A DNA stretch of 64,000 nt, taken from positions 1 to 64,000 of IMG/VR virus record IMGVR_UViG_3300037010_001286. One strand, written 5' to 3'. Made by a program: the position numbers and the translations under genes. This DNA comes from a virus. Below, piece by piece: positions 9,932 through 18,097 of this stretch (position 1 is the first letter of the stretch; each line of letters opens with the position of its first letter). A model generated the notes under the pieces. It was given only the letters and a program-made list of their open reading frames with translations, did no database searches and was not told the origin of the DNA.

Positions 9932-10116
9932 TACTAAAAGTTAGATAATCTAACTTTTTACTTCCTAAAATAATTAAAAAAAGGTGTTTAAAATGGGTAA
10001 AACGTATCGAGATAAAAGTATCTTTAAATCGTTTAAAAAAGAGGTAGATATGCGACCTAAAAGTCACGTTCAAAAAACTAAAAAATCAAAAAAATATCCT
10101 AAAAAAGTAGATAACG

Positions 10117-10446
10117 ATGAGTAAATTTGTAAACTTAACCGCTCACCCTATAAAGTTGCTCAATTTAGGGATTACAATCCCTCATGCAAACCGACCAGTA
10201 AAGGTCACACAAAATCAAAAGTTACTATCGGTAATTGATGGGATACCAATTTATGAAATTGAGTTTGTAGATATTGCAGGATTACCTGAGGAGGAAGAAG
10301 GTACAATTTATATTGTATCTGCTCCAGTGTTAAACTATATCAGACAAAAACTTCCACACCGGAATGATTTTGTAAGTCCCTTTAAGGCTATTAAAGACCC
10401 TATGGGTAAAACAATTGGTTGTCAATCATTTAGAGTAAATGGATAG
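10117..10446 (+). CDS. Conserved-type hypothetical phage protein
   Basis: VNLTAHPI...GLPE..EGTIYIVS pattern typical of a phage family. Confidence 0.75.
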   Translation: MSKFVNLTAHPIKLLNLGITIPHANRPVKVTQNQKLLSVIDGIPIYEIEFVDIAGLPEEEEGTIYIVSAPVLNYIRQKLPHRNDFVSPFKAIKDPMGKTIGCQSFRVNG

Positions 10447-10455
10447 GAGATTATT

Positions 10456-10680
10456 ATGAATATAAAAGAACGTATTCTTATGTATGAAAAAACAAAAGAT
10501 GAAACTTTACTACCTGCTCTTATTGAAGAAGGTGTAGAAATAGATTTAGTTTATGATGATGAAGGTGGAACAATTCGTTTTACTTTTGAGGATGAAACTG
10601 TAAAGAAAATATATTTTAGTGATTACACAAAAGAGTGGATTGATAAAATGGAAGCGTGTGGAGTAGAAATATGGGATTAG
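10456..10680 (+). CDS. Hypothetical protein
   Basis: AGGAG RBS. Confidence 0.7.
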   Translation: MNIKERILMYEKTKDETLLPALIEEGVEIDLVYDDEGGTIRFTFEDETVKKIYFSDYTKEWIDKMEACGVEIWD

Positions 10681-10795
10681 TTATTAGAGCCTCTACAAGC
10701 TCTAAAATCTTCAAGTAATGGTAAAGGTCGTCTAAAAGATTTTGAAGCCTTCTGGGTACCTTAAAATGACGTATACGCAATATAAAGGAGTTAAG

Positions 10796-11035
10796 ATGTC
10801 AAAATATGAACAACAAGTAATAAAACTTACTCAAGAACTACGGATTACACAACAAACAGTAATGCAACTTAAAAGTAAGATTAAAATTCTACAAAAACAG
10901 ATTGACTTATTAGAGTCAAAACAAGAGAGTAAATGTGAGTCTTGTATATGGTTTAAAAATGGGCTTTGTACACATTTTGGAGTTATTACAGGATATGTAA
11001 GTCACTGTAAAAAATTTCAAAGTTATAAGACATAA
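10796..11035 (+). CDS. Coiled-coil protein with Cys cluster
   Basis: ATG after AAGGAG; CESC...C...C. Confidence 0.65.
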   Translation: MSKYEQQVIKLTQELRITQQTVMQLKSKIKILQKQIDLLESKQESKCESCIWFKNGLCTHFGVITGYVSHCKKFQSYKT

Positions 11036-11064
11036 TTTTAATTAAGTTAGTAGAAACTCTCAAA

Positions 11065-11139
11065 AGGGTAATACAATAATAGGTCTTGGGACACCCCTTA
11101 GAAACCTCATAAAATAGGCTTTCAGTTTTCTTTAAGATT
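11065..11139 (+). repeat. 75-bp dispersed repeat, copy A
   Basis: Reverse complement of 34689-34763 with 3 mismatches; partial copy at 6714-6754. Confidence 0.9.
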
Positions 11140-11183
11140 TGCTGATTAATATATAAAATTTGGAAACACTAAAGGAAAATAAA

Positions 11184-11423
11184 ATGAAAAACTCAACATT
11201 AATATATATTCTTGCTGGACTTATATTAGCATTTAGTTTATTACTATTCATCATAAATACCCAGCGTGATATAATTATGGGACAACAACAAGAGTTAGAA
11301 GTATATGAAAGTGACTTAAAAGCTGTTATTAAACAGCATAATAAGTTGAACCACGAAAATTTGCAACTACATGCTTATATTACACGTATTGAAAAAGAAA
11401 TTAATGAAAATAAACACTACTAA
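11184..11423 (+). CDS. Membrane-anchored coiled-coil protein
   Basis: N-terminal hydrophobic helix then heptads. Confidence 0.7.
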   Translation: MKNSTLIYILAGLILAFSLLLFIINTQRDIIMGQQQELEVYESDLKAVIKQHNKLNHENLQLHAYITRIEKEINENKHY

Positions 11424-11473
11424 TAGCTAACATAAAAGGAAAATAATGCTATTTAATTTTAAGTGAGGCTTAT

Positions 11474-12051
11474 ATGAAAATTGAAGTAAATAACCGTACA
11501 CCGCTTATGATGGGATTAATTATTAGTTTTACTTATTTTTATACTTCTATAATGGTAGGTATAACTCAAAATAGAAGTATTCAAGAGTTACAAAGTTCTT
11601 ATGAAAAATCTCAAAAGAACTTAACCAAAACTTATAAAACTTTAGAGGTGGTTACTAAAGAACTTCAGTCTTATAAAGCTACTGAACAATCCTTGATGAG
11701 TCTTGGAGCTTCTTCAGTAGAGGCTAAACAAGTAATAATTGCATCGGAGGCGTATGGTATAAACCCAAAGCATTAGGTAGCTTAATTTATTCAGAGAGTA
11801 ATTTTAAGAAAGTTACCCATAAATTATGCTACGTTCAAGGAAAATGTGCTATTAATCTTGCAGTAAATAAAAACTTATTGTACAATCCATATTCAGAGTT
11901 TGGTAACATCTTAGATGGTGCAAAGTTACTAAGAGATTACTTAGATTTATATGGAACATACCCATTAGCTTTTAAACGCTACAAGGGGTGGTCAAAATTA
12001 GGTGAGAGACAATCTCAAGAAGTTATAAAAATATATAGGAGTTTAAAATGA
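11474..12051 (+). CDS. Membrane-anchored lytic transglycosylase (SLT), split by a -1 frameshift at 11764-11770
   Basis: Frame 0 (TM, coiled coil, AYGINPK) stops at 11776; the -1 frame continues ALGSLIYSESNF...NILDGAKLLRDYLDLYG...RYKG to TGA 12051, overlapping the next ATG. Confidence 0.8.
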
Positions 12052-12488
12052 CTAAAGAAGAATTATATGCTGAGTTATATAATTGTGAGACAGAACATGG
12101 ATTAAATCCTACAGATGTTTACAATTTATTACAGAAATTTTTTGAGTCAAATGTTTGTACCTTTAAAGAAATAAATCGTCACCCTTATGCTGATATATTA
12201 CATCACTGGGTTGAAGGTGTTGATATTCAACAGAATGTTGGAGGACACTGGTTTGCTATTGGTAACATAAATAGAATATTTACTGATGGTAAACTTAAGA
12301 TAAAATCACAAAATCCTATAAAAGAGCCTGATATATATGAGTGGAAATGGGCTATCATTTTTGATGATAAAGCTACAATTACTGATGATTATTATACAGC
12401 AGAAGAATTTTGGGATATATACTCATCTACTGACATTTCTGCTGCTTATAGAATTGACGCTACTCAAAGAATTAGAAAAGGTCAGTAA
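12048..12488 (+). CDS. Hypothetical phage protein
   Basis: AGGAG RBS. Confidence 0.75.
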   Translation: MTKEELYAELYNCETEHGLNPTDVYNLLQKFFESNVCTFKEINRHPYADILHHWVEGVDIQQNVGGHWFAIGNINRIFTDGKLKIKSQNPIKEPDIYEWKWAIIFDDKATITDDYYTAEEFWDIYSSTDISAAYRIDATQRIRKGQ

Positions 12489-12582
12489 TGCTCTATATAA
12501 AAATAAAAAAGCGAAAATACAAAATTGTAATTAAATAAGAGGAAAATAAAATGGTATTAACCAACAGAGGAAGGGAGTTATA

Positions 12583-13374
12583 ATGCAAGAAGAAAAATTA
12601 GTATTAGGAGAAACTAATAAGTTTATACCTGTTGACAAGATAGATTTATATAATGATTCTATCGGGTATGTTGAACTTTATGACGCATCTCATGCAAATG
12701 AAAGTGAAGAACAAAGAATTTGGACTGTAACAACTATTGCTTCATTGGCTTACGGTAACGAATCAGCTAAAAATCCTGAAGCTTTATACGAGCGTATGAA
12801 GTCTATCAAGCATGAAAGCTTATGGGAGTTCATCAGAGATGGGTATGACAGTTGTGGTATTGATTCTTCTATGAGAGCACAAGAATATCTATACGAGCAT
12901 AGATATAGTTGTGACATAGATTGGCATAAGCAAAACATTGCTTGCTTCCGGATCAAGGTACCTATCTTTGTTGCACGTCAGTTCATGCGACATCGTAGCT
13001 TCTCGTACTTAGAGATGAGCCGTAGATATACTAAAGGGAGCAAAGTACCATTTGAATTTTGGTTTCCTAAAAATTTTACTAAGGACTCGGCTCATCAGAA
13101 TGATTGGGTACAAGCATTTAATAGAACATATGATTCTATTATTAAACAAGGATACGAAACTCAAGTCGCTTCAAGATTTTTGCCTCAAACTACCTATACT
13201 GAATTTTATGTAATGGGTGAAATAGATGGTCTTACTAACTTCTTTAAATTAAGACTTGATTCTCATGCTCAGCAGCAGATTCGTGAATGTGCTGAAGCTA
13301 TGTTTGAATTGCTCAATAGACATCAACATAACTTGGCTCTAAGAATACAAAATAAAATTGATTATGTTAAGTAA
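12583..13374 (+). CDS. thyX: Flavin-dependent thymidylate synthase
   Basis: HESLWE, PIFVARQFMRHRSFSYLEMSRRY (RHRx7SxR), LRLDSHAQ. Confidence 0.95.
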   Translation: MQEEKLVLGETNKFIPVDKIDLYNDSIGYVELYDASHANESEEQRIWTVTTIASLAYGNESAKNPEALYERMKSIKHESLWEFIRDGYDSCGIDSSMRAQEYLYEHRYSCDIDWHKQNIACFRIKVPIFVARQFMRHRSFSYLEMSRRYTKGSKVPFEFWFPKNFTKDSAHQNDWVQAFNRTYDSIIKQGYETQVASRFLPQTTYTEFYVMGEIDGLTNFFKLRLDSHAQQQIRECAEAMFELLNRHQHNLALRIQNKIDYVK

Positions 13375-13453
13375 AGAATACAAAATAAAATTGATTATGT
13401 TAAGTAAAGAATACAAAATAAAATTGATTATGTTAAGTAAAGAATACAAAATA
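13341..13453 (+). repeat. 33-bp perfect tandem repeat x3.4
   Basis: AAGAATACAAAATAAAATTGATTATGTTAAGTA at 13341, 13374, 13407, partial at 13440. Confidence 0.95.
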
Positions 13454-13678
13454 CTATTTGGAATAGTAATTGTAGCTGTCTTATTTATTTATTCAGATTG
13501 GGTAAATAAGTAAATAAGGATTAAACATGAAATTAGTATTAGTACATTTACTTAGTATTCAGTTATTTTCTGCCACTATTACATTGCTAATAGATAAGAA
13601 ATAGTCGTATGATAAATATGAAGAAGTATTCATTATATAAGTTAATGATTATGAAGATAAAAACTAAAGGAAAATAAA

Positions 13679-14083
13679 ATGGTAACACTACATGGTATTG
13701 AAGTAAAGGTTGGAGATAAGGTTTGGGATATGTTCACTGGTTGGACAGAAGTAAAAGATCTACTTCCTAATTCCAAATATAGCATATGTACAAGGATTAC
13801 TAATTATACATCTACAGGTAGGGTTCTTAGTGAGCATAAATCACCTACTCTTTTTTGGAATGAATTTGAGATACCTAAAGAAGCCTTTATTAAGCCCCTA
13901 CCTAAACTTGCAGTAGATACAAAGGTTATTGTATGGCTTAATGATAATATAAAACATAGACGTCACTTTTCACACTTTGACGGTAATGGTAAAATATGTT
14001 GCTTTAATGAAGGTACTACATCATTTACAGCTGGTACATTTACTTCATGTTGGGATAATTGGGAACTATATGAAGAGGAATAA
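13679..14083 (+). CDS. Hypothetical phage protein
   Basis: AAGGA RBS. Confidence 0.75.
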   Translation: MVTLHGIEVKVGDKVWDMFTGWTEVKDLLPNSKYSICTRITNYTSTGRVLSEHKSPTLFWNEFEIPKEAFIKPLPKLAVDTKVIVWLNDNIKHRRHFSHFDGNGKICCFNEGTTSFTAGTFTSCWDNWELYEEE

Positions 14084-14183
14084 ATAAGTTAGATAAACAT
14101 TAATAGTATATTTTGTATACTATAATAAAGTATATAGTAATTTAAGATTATATTAAGTATTTTTCGGATACTATATAGTTTTA

Positions 14184-14490
14184 CTAAACTTCCAAGTCAT
14201 TAGATACCTACTTACGGAGAATGACAGCAGTTGGAGTGTAGGGACTCGCGAACTGTAGTTGAGGTTGAAATCTCTCGTGTACATTACTAACGGAAGATGT
14301 ATTAAAACCCCCGTGTAGGAGTTATTATGAAATGGTGGTGCTTTACTGGCATTGAATGTTAATTCTGCATATAAGACTAATCAACGCAGTCTCTAAAAAC
14401 ATTTGCAGTACTCTTAACCTATGAGGCAGTCTATACTAGGTACTAGGCTACGTCCCTGCTTGCATACGTAGCAGGTTAGGAAGTGTTTAG
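14184..14490 (+). ncRNA. Candidate ~300-nt structured ncRNA
   Basis: No ORF of 60 aa or more, richer in G+C than flanks, closing helix and several internal helices (see findings). Confidence 0.55.
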
Positions 14491-14542
14491 ACTAAGTGTT
14501 TTAAAATTTTAACTACTTAGAGTAGCTCCTAACTTATCATGT

Positions 14543-14619
14543 GGGTCAGTAGCTCAGTTGGTTAGAGCCTCCCGCTCATAACGGGAATGTCGCAGGATCA
14601 TGCCCTGTCTGACCCACCA
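14543..14619 (+). tRNA. tRNA with CAT anticodon (probably Ile2, otherwise elongator Met)
   Basis: Cloverleaf GGGTCAG/CTGACCC, anticodon loop CTCATAA, encoded CCA; G1-C72 so not initiator; atypical T-loop ATCATGC. Confidence 0.9.
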
Positions 14620-14775
14620 TAATATTTTCATTGAACTCTTATTTTAAGAATTGACTGAAGATCATTAACTTGACTTCACTTGCTGTGCTTAAGTTCACCG
14701 CATTTTAATATAAAGTATCTCAATGTCTAACTGGTATAATAATCCTGGAAAGACTTATTGAGGTACACCATATAT

Positions 14776-14846
14776 CTCTCCATAGCATAACGGATATGCA
14801 ACAGATTTCTACTCTGTCTATGTTGGTTCGATTCCAGCTGGGGAGA
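14776..14846 (+). tRNA. tRNA-Arg(TCT)
   Basis: Acceptor CTCTCCA/TGGGGAG, anticodon arm ACAGA-TTTCTAC-TCTGT, T-arm GTTGG-TTCGATT-CCAGC; no encoded CCA. Confidence 0.9.
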
Positions 14847-14915
14847 TAACCTCTACATCTTTATTTTTAGTATAAAGTATTCTATAACTCTATAAATTAT
14901 ACCAAAAGGAAACAT

Positions 14916-15488
14916 ATGCAAATAGAGGGATTTAGTAATTATTTTCTAAAAGAAAATGTTGTTATAAATAAAAAAACAAATAAAGCTGTTTCAGTGACAA
15001 TTTCAAAAAAGGGTGAACGACGTTTAAAATTATTTGATGATGTAAGGGGTTGGAGGTCTGTAAATTTATCTGAGGTACTTGCTAATGCAGGATTAAAATT
15101 ATCAATACCAACTACAGCTAGGAAAATATTAAATTCTAATGGTAAGTACTTTATCGATATAACAGGAGAAGTTTATTCGTTTACTAATAAATCTCGACAA
15201 GGAAAAATACTTAAACCTAGAGTTGGCACAGATGGGTATCTACAGGTATCAATAAACTACAAAGGAAAATTAAGAACGTGTAGTGTTCATAAACTAGTTG
15301 CAGAAACATTTTTAATGCCTGATTATGTTCAAAAAAAATTATGTTGTATGCACAAAGATAATAATAAATTAAATTGCCATATTGACAATCTTGAGATAGG
15401 TACATATAGTACCAATAACAAGAATGCCTATCGTGATAATTTGAATACAGGAAATTTAGAATGGAGAACTAAAAAAGCTTTAGGGTAA
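14916..15488 (+). CDS. HNH homing endonuclease (NUMOD4-like plus HNH)
   Basis: GKILKP...GYLQVSI...VHKLVAETF...HKDNNKLNCHIDNLE. Confidence 0.9.
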   Translation: MQIEGFSNYFLKENVVINKKTNKAVSVTISKKGERRLKLFDDVRGWRSVNLSEVLANAGLKLSIPTTARKILNSNGKYFIDITGEVYSFTNKSRQGKILKPRVGTDGYLQVSINYKGKLRTCSVHKLVAETFLMPDYVQKKLCCMHKDNNKLNCHIDNLEIGTYSTNNKNAYRDNLNTGNLEWRTKKALG

Positions 15489-15532
15489 AATCTACCTTCG
15501 TACGGGGAGACCATTTTAAATTTTTACTATAT

Positions 15533-15619
15533 GCCTCGGTGGTGAAATAGGAAGACACAAGGGACTTAAAATCCCTCGGTAGAAATACCGTACCAGTTCG
15601 AGCCTGGTTCGAGGCACCA
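15533..15619 (+). tRNA. tRNA-Leu(TAA)
   Basis: GCCTCGG/TCGAGGC acceptor, AGGGA-CTTAAAA-TCCCT, long variable arm, CCA. Confidence 0.95.
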
Positions 15620-15778
15620 CTTTTATACTTCAATACAAATATTGGTTAAACTCCCATATCACATATTAAAACTTTTTATACTCTTGTACGAAAATAATAG
15701 CCGTATTATTTTTATAGACTGATACCGAAATCATGAAGGTTTGCGGCACTCTAAGAGTATTAAGAAAAGGACTACACA

Positions 15779-16075
15779 ATGATACCTTTTATTTTAACAC
15801 TTTGTGTGCTATTATTATATCACTCAATAAAGGGTATATCTCGCCCTTCTTCTTATAATAACAAGAGAAATATTGAGCGGTGCTGGGGTAGATTAGATAA
15901 GAGTACATTTTTATGTACTCAGGATGGTAGAGTTCATCTAAACCAAGGTATACTTTATATGGATTATATACCGGTTCTTACAAACAAAGAAGGAGGTGTA
16001 GTATTCTTAACAGATATTGCAAGTGTTTTAGAAAAGACAGAAAGGAGTTTAAAAAAAGACTATGCAAAAAGATAG
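15779..16075 (+). CDS. Hypothetical membrane-anchored protein
   Basis: N-terminal hydrophobic segment, AAGGA RBS. Confidence 0.65.
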   Translation: MIPFILTLCVLLLYHSIKGISRPSSYNNKRNIERCWGRLDKSTFLCTQDGRVHLNQGILYMDYIPVLTNKEGGVVFLTDIASVLEKTERSLKKDYAKR

Positions 16076-16289
16076 AAGAACTTACAGTTTAGTTATGCCC
16101 TTTATTTTTTACTTGATGGAGTGTATAGCTATTTCTGAATTAGCTTATTGTATAATTACATTACTACAAGTAAAATCTTTAGTAATTATCTTAGGGATTG
16201 TTGGTACTATTTATATGGTATCAGCAACTTTTAGATTAATTAAAGTTTACAATAGGGGGTTATTTCATGCAAAAAGTAGAGCTGGATAG
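16062..16289 (+). CDS. Hypothetical membrane protein
   Basis: Two hydrophobic segments. Confidence 0.6.
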   Translation: MQKDRRTYSLVMPFIFYLMECIAISELAYCIITLLQVKSLVIILGIVGTIYMVSATFRLIKVYNRGLFHAKSRAG

Positions 16290-16629
16290 GCTAATAGAAA
16301 ATTTAGTCAATAATTACGGCTTTAAGACATTTACTCAACGTAATCTAACATTACACGCAATGGATTTAGCCTTGCAGTTACGAGTTAGAGATATAGCTGG
16401 TAGAACAAAGTATTTTGTAACTATCCATATATACGATTTCTCTAAATTTATCGATACTAATGTTGATTATTCATTAGAAGTATCTTTAAGTTTTTCAGAT
16501 AGGGCAGAGGAAAATCCTAAACCTACCTTATGGATTACAATGAGTTTTACAAATATTGTTGAGGTTTTAGAATTATCTGAAACTTTATGGATAGCACATG
16601 GTAGCCACTACTATGATTATGAAGATTAA
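16267..16629 (+). CDS. Hypothetical protein
   Basis: AGGGGG RBS. Confidence 0.7.
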   Translation: MQKVELDRLIENLVNNYGFKTFTQRNLTLHAMDLALQLRVRDIAGRTKYFVTIHIYDFSKFIDTNVDYSLEVSLSFSDRAEENPKPTLWITMSFTNIVEVLELSETLWIAHGSHYYDYED

Positions 16630-16638
16630 GGGGATATT

Positions 16639-17172
16639 ATGAAAACACATAAAATTGATTATATAAAATGGGAGTCAAGATTAGATTCTGATGTAAGCTT
16701 ACGGTTCTTTTCTACTTTCGATGACCATCCGGAGTATGTTGATAAATTTGTATTAAAATCACACTCAACAAAAGAGTATACAATAGTTCCTAAGGAATTT
16801 ATAGATGAAATTACCTTAGACTTATTATTTAATTCTCCTCAACATGTTGAAGGTTATTATGAAAATAATCAGTATGTTAAAATGATAGATGGTGTACAAG
16901 TTACTGAACCATCACACTCTTCTTTTAAAGAAAAGAAAGGAAAAAATATGAATAACCAAGTGGATGATATGACAAATCCCAATATAGTGTTTTGGATGGT
17001 ATATGGTAAAAATCCTCCTAAACATAAACACTATACACAAAAGAGTGCTATTATAGAGGCTAAACGACTAAGTAGTGAAAACCCTGGGGTTATTTACTAT
17101 GTATTACAAAGTGTTGACGCTTATATGATGCCTGTACCTGAACCACAAAAAGTAGAACTATATAATTCTTAA
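16639..17172 (+). CDS. Hypothetical protein
   Basis: C-terminal FWMVY...P..KH...A..EA.RL phage motif; possible internal start at MNNQV after AAGGA. Confidence 0.7.
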   Translation: MKTHKIDYIKWESRLDSDVSLRFFSTFDDHPEYVDKFVLKSHSTKEYTIVPKEFIDEITLDLLFNSPQHVEGYYENNQYVKMIDGVQVTEPSHSSFKEKKGKNMNNQVDDMTNPNIVFWMVYGKNPPKHKHYTQKSAIIEAKRLSSENPGVIYYVLQSVDAYMMPVPEPQKVELYNS

Positions 17173-17205
17173 AAAATACCTCAAAATAAACAAAAAAGGA
17201 CTATT

Positions 17206-17568
17206 ATGACAATCAAAGAATACATTGAGGATAGATATAATGCTACCTTTACTGATAACGGTAAAGGATTATTTCTAACAGGAATGCTGGGGGTAATTTA
17301 TGAACCATCTCCTGCTAGGTTGGAGGAGCGTTACCAAAATTTGATTAATATGGCAGAGTCTGCTTGGAAAAATAAGAAACTTTTAATTAACCAGGAAGAT
17401 ATGCTATTGTCTATTTCTTCCGGAGCAGAATTAGAACATATGGCTGCTCAGATTAATCTAGCAAAACGATTGAAAAGACGACCTATCCCTAGTGTTGTGG
17501 AACGGGGAAATTTTAATGGTTTAAATTATATAGTCTTTAATGATTTTTATTTTGATGCGTGTGTATAA
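17206..17568 (+). CDS. Hypothetical protein
   Basis: AAGGA RBS. Confidence 0.7.
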   Translation: MTIKEYIEDRYNATFTDNGKGLFLTGMLGVIYEPSPARLEERYQNLINMAESAWKNKKLLINQEDMLLSISSGAELEHMAAQINLAKRLKRRPIPSVVERGNFNGLNYIVFNDFYFDACV

Positions 17569-18050
17569 TGATGTTAAAATACTTTCAACTTCCAAGAAAT
17601 TATAATAACCCTATGTCCTCAGCTTCAGAGACTAAGTTAGAAGTACTTAGTCAGAGGCTAAATGTTGCGCTTACAAAAAATGTTCCGAATACTATGTTTG
17701 TAGAAGGAACAGCAGAGCCAATCTTTAATATTATTAGACAAACTAAGGATATTAAAGAATTTTGGGGAGTAAATTTTGCAGAGTATTTTAAAAGTATATT
17801 TGATAATTCTGATACCTATCAGGTTCTTCCAAAAAAATTTGTATTCATTTATAATGTTGGATTAGAGCGGGCTATAAATACTACATTTTCTTCAAAACTT
17901 TTAAAGGGTCTAATTAAAGACCTTGAAGAAAAAGGTTGTTGGATTATTATAGAGTCTGATTTGACTTATCAAAAATTTCACACACAATATGCTATTGAGA
18001 TTATAAATAAAATTGTACTACCCTTGAAGAAGCCTGAGCCTTTTCTTTAA
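17559..18050 (+). CDS. Degenerate DnaC/IstB-like AAA+ protein
   Basis: FIYNVGLE...LI..LEE...IIIESDL follows the DnaC layout, but Walker A/B are not intact. Confidence 0.5.
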   Translation: MCIMMLKYFQLPRNYNNPMSSASETKLEVLSQRLNVALTKNVPNTMFVEGTAEPIFNIIRQTKDIKEFWGVNFAEYFKSIFDNSDTYQVLPKKFVFIYNVGLERAINTTFSSKLLKGLIKDLEEKGCWIIIESDLTYQKFHTQYAIEIINKIVLPLKKPEPFL

Positions 18051-18054
18051 CCCC

Positions 18055-18076
18055 GTGCAAAGTATATACTTTGCAC
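18055..18076. repeat. Perfect 22-bp palindrome before helicase
   Basis: GTGCAAAGTATATACTTTGCAC. Confidence 0.8.
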
Positions 18077-18097
18077 AAATAATTATAGGAGAACACT

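Larger units (their letters stand above)
58..9958. repeat. Dispersed 23-bp palindrome AAAAGTTAKA-NNN-TMTAACTTTT, 10 copies
   Basis: Copies start at 58, 157, 1000, 1695, 2295, 2646, 4192, 6047, 6776, 9936; mostly just upstream of RBSs. Confidence 0.92.

Noticed and set aside
11774-11776. Stop-codon reassignment/readthrough of TAG
   Set aside because: The continuation is in another frame; other genes are intact under the standard code
13341-13453. CRISPR array
   Set aside because: Units are contiguous with no spacers; no cas genes
14184-14490. tmRNA, RNase P RNA or group I/II intron
   Set aside because: No tRNA-like ends with T-loop/CCA, no GAGGAAAGTCC, no convincing P7 or domain V consensus
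14655-14700. Hammerhead ribozyme (CTGAAGA)
   Set aside because: No stem II followed by GAAA
14847-15503. Group I intron in tRNA-Arg
   Set aside because: Interval is almost entirely HNH ORF with short AT-rich flanks; no room for a core
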